From Vicinamibacteria bacterium (GTDB taxonomy: Bacteria > Acidobacteriota > Vicinamibacteria > Vicinamibacterales > JAENWD01), in NCBI GenBank assembly GCA_963719755.1, contig CAVRDA010000006.1, forward strand, positions 17,309-81,308: a stretch of 64,000 nucleotides of DNA, read 5' to 3'. Below, piece after piece: positions 22,524 to 34,165 of the stretch. Positions within the stretch are counted from its first letter, which is position 1. Each line of letters begins with the position of its first letter. Below the pieces are notes generated by a model that was given only the letters and a program-made list of their open reading frames with translations, was not told the DNA's origin and made no database searches. Both the position numbers and the translations under genes were made by a program.

Positions 22524-25202
22524 TCAGCCCTCGCGAAGCACGTCCACCGGGTCAATCCGCGCCGCGCGCAATGCCGGCAGGAACGCGGCCAGCGTTCCGA
22601 CGAGCGGCCATCAACGCCACTGCCCCCACGAGCGTGGCCGCGTCGCGCGCCTCGAGTCCGAACAGCAGCGTGCTGACGAACTTCGCGAGCCACAGGCTCA
22701 GCCCGGTGCCGATGACGACGCCGAGCGCGACCAGCCGCGCCGCGCGGCCGAGCACCAGGCGCAGCACGCGCGAGACGTCCGCTCCGAGCGCCATGCGCAC
22801 GCCGATTTCGCCCCGGCGCAGGTTCACGGCATAGGCAGTCACGCCGTAGAGGCCAACCGCGGACAGCAGCAGCGCCAGCGCGCCGAAGAACCCGCCCAGC
22901 ATCGCCATCACGCGCTCCCTCGCGAGCCTGCCACTCACCTGCTCGCTCAGCGGCTGGAACGACAGCGAGACGTCGGGGTCGACCGCGGCCAGCACTTCCG
23001 TCAGCGGACGCACGAGTGAGGCCGGCGAGGCTACCGCCGCCCGCACGCCAATCGCGGCGGCCGGGAACACCATCGGCGACTGCGCCATCGGCAGGTACAC
23101 CGTCGGCGGCATCGGGTCGCGCACGGATCGGTAGGCCGCGTCCTCGACGACGCCGACGATTTCCAGCGGCGGCGGCTTTGGCCCGCCGCCGAAGCCGTCG
23201 CTCTGCTGCACCGTCTGGCCCAGCGCACTCCCGGACCGAAGGAACTTCTTCACATACGCCTCGTTGACGATGGCCACGCGCGGGGCGCCATCACGGTCGG
23301 CCTCGGTGAACTCGCGTCCGGCCACCAGGCGTGTGCCGTAGACGGAATGCCAGCCCGGCGTGATCGCGTTCAGGAACGCCAGCCGCTCGCGGAAGTTCAG
23401 GTCGGGCTGCCCCGGAATATCGAAGGCGTTGTTCCAGCCCTGGCCGCTCACCGGCGTCAGCAGCGACGTCGCCGCGCGCTCGACTCCCGGCACTCTCGCG
23501 GCCGCCTCGGAGAGCCGGCGATATAAATCGGCGCGGCGCTCTTCGCCCACCTGGCTGCGTTGCGCGTCGAGCTTGACCAGCAGGATCGGATCGCGATCGA
23601 AGCCGAGGTCCATCGACGTCAGCGACAGGAACGTCCGGACGAAGAGACCGGCGCCGACGACGAGCACCAGGGACAGCGCGATCTGGGCGACGACGATGGG
23701 GCTGGCCAGGGAGCGGCCGCCGACGCGCCCGCGGCCCTGTTCCTTCAGTGCGTCCATCGGCGCCAGGCGCCGCGTCGTCATCGCCGGAGCGACGCCAAAG
23801 AGGAGCGCCGTCACGACCGCGATCAGGGCCGTGAACCCGAGCACCGGCCAGTCGAGCGCGAGATCGAGCAGCAGCGGATCGTTCGCCGTCGAGAACTGCG
23901 ACACCAGCAGGGCACTGCCCCACCGCGCGAAGCCGAGGCCGAGCGCGGCGCCGATGGCGGAGAGCAGCAGGCTCTCGGTCACGAGCTGGCGCGCCAGCCG
24001 TCCGCGCGACGCGCCGAGCGCCAGGCGCATGGTCAGCTCGTGACGGCGGCCGCTGGCGCGCGCCAGCATCAGGTTGGCGATGTTGGCGCAGGCGATGAGC
24101 AGGACGAGCGCGACGACGACCATGATCGTCACGAGCGGCTCCTCGAACCGGTTCCGCAGGTGCGAGGGTCCTTGCGCCGCCGACTCCAGCGTCAGCCCTT
24201 CGCGCAGGTAGCTCCTTCAGGTGCTCCTCGGGCCAGTCGGTCGGCGTCGTGGCCTCACGGATCGCCGGCTGCGCGGCCCGCAGCGCGGCCGTGGCCTGAT
24301 CGATCGACTGGCCGTCCTTCAGGCGCGCGGTGATGTCGAGCCACCAGAACGATCGGCCGGTCAGGCGCTGGTCGCCGCCGGCTTCGAGGATCTCCGCCGT
24401 CCGCAGCGGCACGGCGACGTCGAAGCTGCGGCCGATGACCGGCCCGAGAAACTCCGGCGGCGTGACGCCGATGACGGTGAAGGCGATTCGGTTGAGGGTC
24501 AGCGTGCGGCCGATGACATCGGCGGCCCCGCCGAACTGCCGCTGCCAGAACGCGTAGCTGATGACGGCCACCGTCGCGTCGGCGCCGCCGCCTCGGCGGT
24601 CGTTCTCCGTCGTGAAGGTACGACCGAGAATCGCCGGGACACCATAGACGTCGAAGAACTCGCCACTGGCCCAGAGCCCTTCGACCGGCTGCTGCTGTCC
24701 GCCGCGCGACAGGTCGAACCGCTGTTGCGACCAGGCGGCGGCGCCGTCGAACAGCTGATGCTGGCGGCTCTTGATCTCTTCCCAGATCGGGTTCGTCCAG
24801 CTGTCGCCGCCAATCAGCACCAGCTGCTCGGGGGCGCGCACCGGCAGCGTCCGCAGCAGCAGGCTGTTGACGAGCGTGAAGATGGCGGTGTTGGCGCCGA
24901 TGCCCAGCGCGAGCGACAGCACGGCGACGAGCGTGAAGGTGCGGCTGGCTGCCAGCATGCGAAGGCCGTAGCGCACGTCGGTGACGAGATCGTCCAGCCA
25001 CTGCGTCCCCCGGACGTCGCGGCAGGTACTCTTTCACCTGCTGGATCCCGCCAAAGTTCGCCGCGGCGCGCCGCCGCGCCTCGGCCTCGCTGGACCCCTC
25101 GCGCATGTAATCGGCCACCTGCCGTTCGAGGTGGTCGCGCAGCTCCACCTCCAGCTCGCGATCGAGCTGCCGTCGTCCGAACAGCCTCTGCCACAAGGTC
25201 AT
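22524..25202 (-). CDS. ADOP-family (acidobacterial duplicated orphan) MacB/FtsX-type permease (several frameshifts)
   Basis: [53 protein letters not shown] end. Confidence 0.88.
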
Positions 25203-25227
25203 AGTCGCTTCTGCCTTTGATCTCGAT

Positions 25228-25259
25228 CCGTCAACCGTCAACCCGTCACCCGTCAACCC
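25228..25259. repeat. Heptamer array (GTCAACC) x~4
   Basis: Directly visible between the two permeases. Confidence 0.8.
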
Positions 25260-27886
25260 TTATCCGTCCTCGCGCAGTGCCGTCATCGGGTCGGTATTCG
25301 CGGCGCGGCGGGCGGGGATCACGGCCGCGACCGTGCCGGCGGCGACCAGCACGACGCTGCTGGCGATGTAGGTCCAGGGATCGGCGGCTGAGACGCCGAA
25401 CAGCGTGCCTCGTGCGAGCGCACCGGCGGCCAGCGCGACCGGCAGTCCGATCACGACGCCGGCGGCCACCGGGACGAGCGCGTCCCTCAGCAGCAGCCGT
25501 GCGATATCCGTGCGTGCTGCGCCGAGCGCGAGGCGGACGCCCAGCTCGCGAGTCCGCTGCGCGGCGGCGTACGCAAGCGTGCCGTAGACGCCGACGACGA
25601 CGAGGAGCAGCGACAGCCCGCCGAGAACTCCGGACGTCGTCGCCAGCATTCGCTCCGACGTGATGCTGCCGTCGTACCTCGCGGCCAGCGTGGAGACGTT
25701 GTAGAGCGGCAGGTCCGCCGATGCCGCCCGTACTTCCCGCCGGACCGCGTCGATGAACAACTGCGGCGCGGCATCCGTGCGTATCGCGAAGGTCAGCTCC
25801 TCCCGCGTCTCGGATTCCTGCTGATACGACCAGGTACATCGTCTCGGTGGCCGCGTCGCGGAGGCTCTCGTAGCGCACGTCAGCGGCGACGCCGACAATC
25901 GTGAGACGCTGGCCGTCCCGATCGAGCTGCTCGCCGACCACCCGTGCCGTGCCGAAGAGCCGGCGGGCCAGCGACGCGCTGACAACAGCCACTGGCGGCG
26001 TCCGCTCATCGTCGTCAATCCGGAAGTCGCGGCCGTCGAGCAGCGGAATACCGGCGGTCTCGAGAAACCGCGGACCGACGACGTTGAGGTGCGTCTGCGG
26101 CGCAACCCGGTCGGGCATGCCGGCCGCCGACACCCCCGCGATCATCGAGCGGCCGCCAAGCGGCGCGTCCATCATCACGGTGACCGCGCGGACGCCTGGC
26201 AGGCGCGACAGCCGCTGGTAGACCTCGCGATAGAGCCGCCTGGCGTCGGCCTCGCCGGCGCCGCCAACGGCAGGGCGGATGCTGGCGAGCAGCATCTGAT
26301 CCTTGCGGAAGCCGGCGTCCACCGCATGGAGCGAGGCGAGGCTGCGGGCGAAGAGCGCCGCGCGCCGCGACGAGCACCAGCGTCAGCGCCGCCTGCGCCG
26401 CGATGAGCGCCGCCGTCGATCGCGACGTCGCCCTCGACCGCGTCGCCGCCCGCACCTGCATCTGCGGATCCGCGGCGCTCGCCCTCAGGGCCGGCCACAG
26501 GCCGAACAGCACCGTGGTCGCTGCGAGCAGGCCGATCGTGAAGATCAGCAGCCGCACGTCGAGGCCGGTGTCGAGGGCCACGGGCGTGCGACCGCGCGAC
26601 AACAGGGCGAGCATGCCGGGGCGTCCCCACTGTGCCAGCGCCAGGCCGCCGAGCGCGCCCGCGGTCGAGAGCAGCAACGCCTCCGTCAGCAGTTGACGGA
26701 CGATCCGGCCGCGGCTGGCGCCGAGGGCCACGCGAAGCGCCAGCTCGTGCTCGCGCGCCTTGGCGCGCGCCAGCAGCAGGCTCGCGAGGTTCACGCAGGC
26801 GACCAGCAGCAGCAGCGACACGGCGGCCATCAGCAGGCGCAGCGGCCACGAGTAGGCGCGGCGCAAGTCGTTCAACCCCTGCGCCCCGGACAGCACAGCG
26901 AGGACCGGCCGCTCGCGGCCTGAACGACGTTCGGACGATTCGAAAATGTCCCAGCGGCGCGCGAGGTCCGAAGCGGCGCGTTCGCGACTCTCATGCGGTG
27001 CTGGCCGCGCAATGAGGCGCAGCCATCGCGCATCGCGCGAGGTGAGCAGCGGCGTGCCCGGCAGCAGCAGGGGCTGCGCGGACAGCGGCACCGTGACGTC
27101 GACGGCCCGACCAGGCTCGACGCCGAAGAACTCGCGCGGCGTGACCCCGACGACCGTGAAGGGCTGCCCCATCAGGTCAAAGGTGCGTCCGACGACCCCC
27201 GGGTCACGCTGGAAGTGCCGCTCCCAGAACGCGTCGCTGATCACCGCCACCAGCGGGCCGCCCGCGCCGGCATCGTCGGACGGGCCCAGCAGCCTCCCGA
27301 GCTGAGGCGACACGCCAAGGACTTCGAAGCAGTTTCCGGAGACCAGCTGCCCCATCGCCAGCTGCGCGCCGGAGGCAGTACCAATGCGGAAGCCAGGCCA
27401 TGGACGAAACGCGCACAGGCCGGAGAGTGTCTCGCTCTCGGCCAGGTGACGGTAGGCGGGCGTCGAGAACGAGAAGGCGTCTTTCGTGCCGACCCGCTGC
27501 GAGAGCAGCATCAGCGCGCCGGGATCTCGAACAGGAAGCGCCTTCAGCAGGACGGCATCGACGAACGAGAAGATCGTCGTGACGGCGCCGACGCCCAGGG
27601 CCAGCGAGAGCACGGCGACCGCGGCAAAGCCTGGACTCTTGCGCAGCACGCGCCATCCGTAGCGCAGGTCCTGAACGAGTTGCCCGCCCAGCCGCCCGTG
27701 TCGAACGTCGCGACAGTACTCCGCCGCCTGCTGGATGCCGCCGAAGTCCGCCAGCGCGCGGCGCCTGGCTTCGCCCGCGTCGAGGCCACGCCGCTCGTAC
27801 TCGGCAGCCTGTCGCTCGACGTGATCGCGCAGCTCGACGTCGAGCTCGCGATCTTTCCGGCGGGAGGAGAACAGGTGGCTGAACAT
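25260..27886 (-). CDS. Second ADOP-family permease (frameshifts near 26365 and 25830)
   Basis: QDLRYGWR.LRKSPGF, LLVACVNLASLL, ELGVRLALGA, DPMTALRE. Confidence 0.88.
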
Positions 27887-27904
27887 CGGATTCCCAGTCC
27901 CGTT

Positions 27905-28240
27905 TCAGGCTTCGTTTTCCAGCACCAGGCCGATGGCCTCCGTGAGCCGGCGCCAGTTCGCCCGCTCTTCCTGCAGCTGCGCCTGTCCCTGCTTCGTCAG
28001 CCGGTAGAACTTCGCGTCGCGCCCGGTGTCCGAGGGCTTCCATTCGGCTTTCAGCAGGCCGCGCTTCTCGAGCCGGTGGAGCGCCGGATACAGCGTTCCC
28101 TGCTGGACGATGACGACGTCGCGGGAGGTCTGCTGCAGCCGCTGCGCGATGGCGTAGCCGTGCAGCGGAGCGAGCGCCAGGGTCTTCAGGATGAGCAGGT
28201 CGAGCGTGCCCTGTGGGAGGTCGGGTCTCGTGGGTGCCAT
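27905..28240 (-). CDS. PadR family transcriptional regulator (acidobacterial type)
   Basis: QGTLDLLILKTL..PLHGYAI, GTLYPALHRLE, AKFYRLT. Confidence 0.95.
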   Translation of the reverse strand: MAPTRPDLPQGTLDLLILKTLALAPLHGYAIAQRLQQTSRDVVIVQQGTLYPALHRLEKRGLLKAEWKPSDTGRDAKFYRLTKQGQAQLQEERANWRRLTEAIGLVLENEA

Positions 28241-28291
28241 ATACCTTGAACTTCTACATATACGACACGGACGTGTAGAAGTTCAAGGTAT
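28241..28291. promoter_or_regulatory. Perfect 18-bp inverted repeat, putative PadR operator
   Basis: ATACCTTGAACTTCTACA-N15-TGTAGAAGTTCAAGGTAT abutting the padR start codon. Confidence 0.7.
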
Positions 28292-28344
28292 GCCGGGGGT
28301 CATGCGACCGTGAACGAGTCCGTGAACTGGCTCAGCAGCCCCGC

Positions 28345-28396
28345 TTGACAGCCGCCTCGCGGCGCGAATATATTCGCTGTGCGCGAAAATTTTCGC
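28345..28396 (+). promoter_or_regulatory. Sigma70 promoter with two 14-bp palindromic operators
   Basis: TTGACA-N18-TATATT. GCGAATATATTCGC at 28364-28377 and GCGAAAATTTTCGC at 28383-28396. Confidence 0.75.
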
Positions 28397-28440
28397 TCTA
28401 CCCTGAGCCAGTCGGAACCTGTGAACCCGGATCGAGCCCT

Positions 28441-28827
28441 GTGAACCAAGTTTCCCTGACCCGTCGTGAAAGCCAGATCATGGAAGTGGTCTACCGCCGC
28501 CGCCGCGTGACGGTCGAAGAGATCCGCGCGGAACTGCCCGAGGCGCCGAGCCCCTCGAGCGTCCGCAAGCTCCTCGAGATCATGATCGAGCGCGGGCTGC
28601 TGACGCGCGAGCAGGACGGCCCGCGGTTCGTGTACTTCCCCGCGGCCAGGCCCGAGGACGCGAGCAAGTCCGCCCTGCGGCAGCTGGTCCGCACCTTTTT
28701 CGACAACTCACCGGGGTCGGCGATGGCGGCCCTGATCGACATCACAGGCACCTCGCTCACGCCCGAGGAGTACCGCCGGCTGAGCACACTGTTGAAGCGC
28801 GGCCGCGCCAACGGAGACGAACGATGA
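28441..28827 (+). CDS. BlaI/MecI/CopY family repressor
   Basis: LTRRESQIMEVVY, SVRKLL, SALRQLVRTFFDNS. Confidence 0.92.
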   Translation: MNQVSLTRRESQIMEVVYRRRRVTVEEIRAELPEAPSPSSVRKLLEIMIERGLLTREQDGPRFVYFPAARPEDASKSALRQLVRTFFDNSPGSAMAALIDITGTSLTPEEYRRLSTLLKRGRANGDER

Positions 28828-31255
28828 GCCCTGCGTCCTTTACCCCCGGCCTTGCCGACGTCGTCGGCCTGCTCGTGAAAGCCTCCCTGTGGCTCTTCGC
28901 GATTGGCGTCGCGTACGTCGCGCTCAGGAACCGCACGTCGGCCGCGACGCGCCACTGGATGTGGACGCTGGCCGTCGCCGGCCTGCTCGCGCTGCCGCTG
29001 CTGTCCGGGTCGCTGCCGTCGTGGACCGTCGCGATTCCAGTGGCATCGCCGGCGGTCCGCGCCGACGCCGCGCCCGCGCGCGCAGCCTTCGACGACGAGA
29101 GCCCGCTGGCGCCAGTCGCCGCGAGCCCGAAAGCCACGAACGCCGAGGCATCGCCGGCAGCGTCGGTCACGACGGCGACCGACGGCCTGCTGGATCGCCT
29201 GGCCTCCTCCTGGCCGGCGACGCTCGTCGCGCTGTATCTCGCCGGCGCGCTGCTACTCCTGATCACCTTGTGCCGCCAGCACGCCAGCGTGCGCCGGCTG
29301 GCGCGTGAGGCGGAGACGGTGACAGACGCGGAGTGGACCGGCCTGCTGCGCGAGTGCGCGCGTCAGATGGGCGTGGATCGCCCGGTGCGGCTGCTTCGAA
29401 GCCTCGAGCGCGCGATGCCGATGGCGCTGGGCGTGAGGCGCCCGGCGATCCTGATTCCTGCCGTTGCCGACACCTGGGCTGAAGATCGCCGCCGCGCCGT
29501 GCTCCTGCACGAGCTCGCCCACATCGCCCGCCACGATTGCTTCACGCAGATGCTCGCCGGCGTCGCCTGCGCCGTCTACTGGGTCCATCCCGGCGTGTGG
29601 TGGGTCGCCCGGCAGCTTCGCGTCGAACGCGAGCTCTCCTGCGACGACCGCGTGCTGACGATCGGCACCGAGGCCCGCGACTACGCCGGGCACCTGCTCG
29701 AGATCGCCTACACGCTCGGCGCCCACCGCTCGCCAGCGCTCGCCGTCAGCATGGCGCGGCCCGGCCAGCTCGAAGGGCGCATGCTCGCGGTGCTCGATGC
29801 CGCCCGCAATCGCGCGGTTCCCGGCGCCAGCCTCCGGCTCGCCGGCCTCGCGGCCGCGCTCGTCCTCGTGCTCCCGCTCGCGGTGGTCCAGGCGACGACG
29901 ATGCCGATGGTAGTCGGTCCGCCCCACGAGCTGCCGCCGACAACGTCGAGGGCATCCGACGGACACGAGGCCGATGTGCCGGCGTCATCTCCGGTGGCGC
30001 ACGTCGAGCCGGGGGAGGTCGAATCGCCGGCGCCGGCGCCGCAGGATCAGGCGCCCGGCACGTGGGAAATCCGTCCGTCGGGCGAGCCGGGCAAGGTCCA
30101 GCTGCGCATGACCGAAGGCAACTCGTCATCGGGCCGGACCGTCTCGGTCGATCAGTTCGAAGGCCTGTCGGCGCTCCTGTCCGGCAACGGCGGGCCGGCG
30201 CGCTTCACGCTGCGGCGTGATGCGGGGACCTTCACGTTCGAGGGCACGATCCGCGGCGGCGCCGGTGCCGGCACTTACAGCTTCGCGCCGAACCCGGCGT
30301 TCGCGGCGGAGCTCGAGAAGCGCGGCATCGCCCGCCCGTCGGCGCGGCAGCAGTACGAGCTCGCGCGGGCCGACGTCGGCCTGGCACTCGTCGACGAGCT
30401 GACGTCGCAGGGATACACGAAGCCGACGCTGGAACAGCTGGTAAAGGCCGGCAACCACGGCGTCAATGTCGAGTTCGTGCGCGAGATGGGCGCCCTCGGC
30501 TACAAGCTCGGGCAGGTGGACCGACTGATCACGATGCGGGACCACGGCGTCACCCCGCGCTACGTGCGCGACATGACCGCGCAGGGCCTGCCGCGCCTGA
30601 CTGCCGAAGAGCTGGTGAAGGCGCGCGACCACGGCGTCAGCCCGGAGTTCGTGAAGGCGTTGACGGATCTTGGCTACGGCCCGCTCACACTCGAGCAGCT
30701 GGTGAAAACGCGGGACCACGGCGTAACGCCCGAGTTCGTCAGCGAAGTCGCGGCCCACGGCTACTCGAAGCTGACGCTCGATCAGCTCGTGAACATGCGC
30801 GATCACGGCGTGACGCCGGAGTTCATGAAAGCGATGAGCGAGGCCGGGTACGCGAAGCTGCCGGTCGAGGAGCTGGTCAACGCCCGCGACCACGGCGTCA
30901 CGCCGGAGTTCATCCGCGAGATGAGCGCGGCCGGCTACGCCAAGCTGCCGCTCGGCGAACTGGTCAACGCCCGCGACCACGGCGTCACGCCGGAGTTCAC
31001 CCGCGAGATGATCGCGCTCGGCTACAAGGGTCTGCCGCTCCAGGCGCTGGTCCGCGCGCGCGATCACGGCGTCACGCCGGAGTACGCGAAGCAGATGAAG
31101 GGGCTCGGCTATGACGCCTTGTCGCTCGACGAGCTGATCACGATGCGCGACCACGGGGTCACACCGGAAAAAGCTCGGAAGGCCAACGAGCGCGCGGGCA
31201 CGAAGCTGCCGCCCGACATGCTGCGGAAGCTCGCGGACGAGGGGAGTGGTTGTAG
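28824..31255 (+). CDS. BlaR1/MecR1-like M56 metallopeptidase with C-terminal 29-aa tandem repeats (true stop uncertain, about 31250)
   Basis: ATGA-coupled to BlaI. HELAH, YWVHPGVW, ERELSCDD. Nine (R/G)(D/N)HGV repeats spaced exactly 87 nt. Confidence 0.88.
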
Positions 31256-31280
31256 GGTTGTGGGTTGCAGGGTCGTAGGG
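31248..31280. repeat. Octamer array (GGTTGTAG-like) x~4, reverse complement of the 12638 array
   Basis: ggttgtag ggttgtg ggttgcag ggtcgtag gg. Confidence 0.75.
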
Positions 31281-31340
31281 ACGAGCTGTCCCCACTGCCT
31301 TGCAGGGCTGTCAAGGTCACGCGGGTCGGGCACGGTCTAC

Positions 31341-32480
<1,140 letters not shown>

Positions 32481-32500
32481 GGACCGATCATACAGAACCT

Positions 32501-32537
32501 GTTCACGGGTTCACAGGTTCAGGGGTTCACAGGTTCA
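32501..32537. repeat. Octamer array (TTCACAGG-like) x4.5
   Basis: ttcacggg ttcacagg ttcagggg ttcacagg ttca. Confidence 0.85.
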
Positions 32538-32746
32538 TCGTTCGCCGCGTTCGTCCGATCCGGCGGTTGCCGCAGGTCGTACCCCTGACAATGGGCTACC
32601 GGAAGAGGCGGATAGCGGGTGTATCTCGCGTCGGTGTCGCTCCTGGCGCATCGGATGAATCGGGTGCCGCGGTCGGAACGGATCACCAGCGCGTGCTGGC
32701 AGGTGCCGCAGAGCCCCGGCGGCGGGTTAGCAGGCCCAGGTGCCAT
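32519..32746 (-). CDS. Small four-Cys putative metal-binding protein
   Basis: GLCGTCQH...FIRC...RYPPLPVAHCQGY, co-oriented between the aminotransferase and citrate synthase. Confidence 0.6.
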   Translation of the reverse strand: MAPGPANPPPGLCGTCQHALVIRSDRGTRFIRCARSDTDARYTRYPPLPVAHCQGYDLRQPPDRTNAANDEPVNP

Positions 32747-33951
32747 CGCGGCGGGGCACGTAGCGGTCGACGTCCGGCAGCGCCTGCGCCGTCGGCGCGG
32801 GCTCGGCCAGCGCGCCGCGGAACGCCTCTGCCGCCTGCTGCATCTCCGCCATCGTCCCGATGGTGACGCGCGCCCAGGTTATCAGCGGCGGGAACGGCCG
32901 CGCGATCTCGACGCCGCGGTTGCGGCAGGCCTGCTGGAAGGCGCGGATGTCGCGCCGCACGTCCACCATCACGAAGTTCGCGTCGGTGCCGACTACGCGG
33001 TACCCGGCGTCGCGGAATACCTGCGTCGTCATCGCGCGCGCCGCGCGGTTCGCCGCTATTCTGCTCCTCGACGCGCGCCGGGTCGGCCAGCGCCGTCAGT
33101 GCCGCGCGGCCGCTCAGGCAGCTCAATCGGAACGAGTCGAGATGCCGATTCAGTGACCCCAGCGTGGCCGACTGCCCCACCGCATAGCCGATGCGCAACC
33201 CCGCCATGCCGTAGATCTTCGAGAAGGTGCGCGCGACGACGACGCGCGGGTTGGCGAGGGCGAGCGGGATGGCCGTCTTGTAGTCGGGCCGATCGACGTA
33301 CTCGTGATAGGCCTCGTCGATCAGGATCGTCGCGCGCGGCTCGGTCTTCAGGACCGCCTCGACGCAGGCGTTGATGTCGCCGGCGCCGTGGACCGTGGCC
33401 GTGGGGTTGTTCGGATTGCAGATGTAGACGAGACCGGCGCCTTTCGCGCGCGCCGCCATCTGGCCGAGGTCCAGCCGCAGTTCCGCGTCGACGGGCACTT
33501 CGACGATCGGCGCGCCAATCTGGCTGGCGCGCCCCGACAGCAGCTCGAAGGTCGGCGTCGCCGTGACGAGCGCGCGATCCGATCCGAGAAATGCCGAGGC
33601 GGCGGCGTCGAGGATCTCGCTCGAGCCGCAGCCCACCGCGATCTGCGACGACTGGATGCCGTGCGAGCTTGCCAGGGCCGACGCGAGTTCGCCGCCAACG
33701 CGGAAGGCGTAGCGGTTGACCGTGCCGAACCCGTCCTGGACCGCGGCCAGCACCTTCGGGCCGGGACCCGCGGAGTTCTCGTTCGAGCTGAGACGGAGGA
33801 GGGACGACCTCGTTCCGGGGGCGCCAAGCGGGGGTGCCTGCGGCGCCACTTCCGGGCCTTGCGTGGTGGTCGCGGTCGCGCAGCCTGCCGCAGCGACCGC
33901 CAGTCCGTTGAGCCCGACGATCTGGATGAAATTGCGGCGGGAGGTTGCCAT
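32727..33951 (-). CDS. Class I/II PLP aminotransferase (HisC-like) with Tat/lipoprotein signal (frameshift near 33058)
   Basis: SRRNF twin-Arg, LSSNEN, ICNPNNPT, IDEAY, RTFSKIYGMAGLRIGY. Confidence 0.88.
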
Positions 33952-33999
33952 CGGCCCTCTCCTCTCAGAAGGATGAGGACGATTGTAACGCCGGACGCT

Positions 34000-34137
34000 C
34001 GTCAATCACAGAGACACCAAGCACAGAGACGCACGAAAGGCTGCTCTTGACTCGAATGCAAGAAGCGCATAGGACCTTTCCGGCGAATGCCCCGAAGTCC
34101 CGTGCGTCTTCGTGTCTCTGTGTCTCTGTGATTGACG
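34000..34137. mobile_element. 138-bp MITE-like element with perfect 18-bp terminal inverted repeats
   Basis: CGTCAATCACAGAGACAC ... GTGTCTCTGTGATTGACG, with inner CACAGAGAC sub-repeats and no ORF. Mobility is inferred only. Confidence 0.55.
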
Positions 34138-34165
34138 CCCTTCTCCGCCGCCGGAGCGGCGAACC

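Noticed and set aside
19802..22834. 1010-aa ORF apparently fusing carbonic anhydrase and YqgE/AlgH
   Set aside because: The first half is the antisense shadow of lepA. The fusion arises from frameshifts, and the carbonic anhydrase has its own stop at 21831.
30453..31170. 87-nt periodic repeats as a CRISPR array
   Set aside because: They are in-frame coding repeats with synonymous variation and no unique spacers or cas genes.
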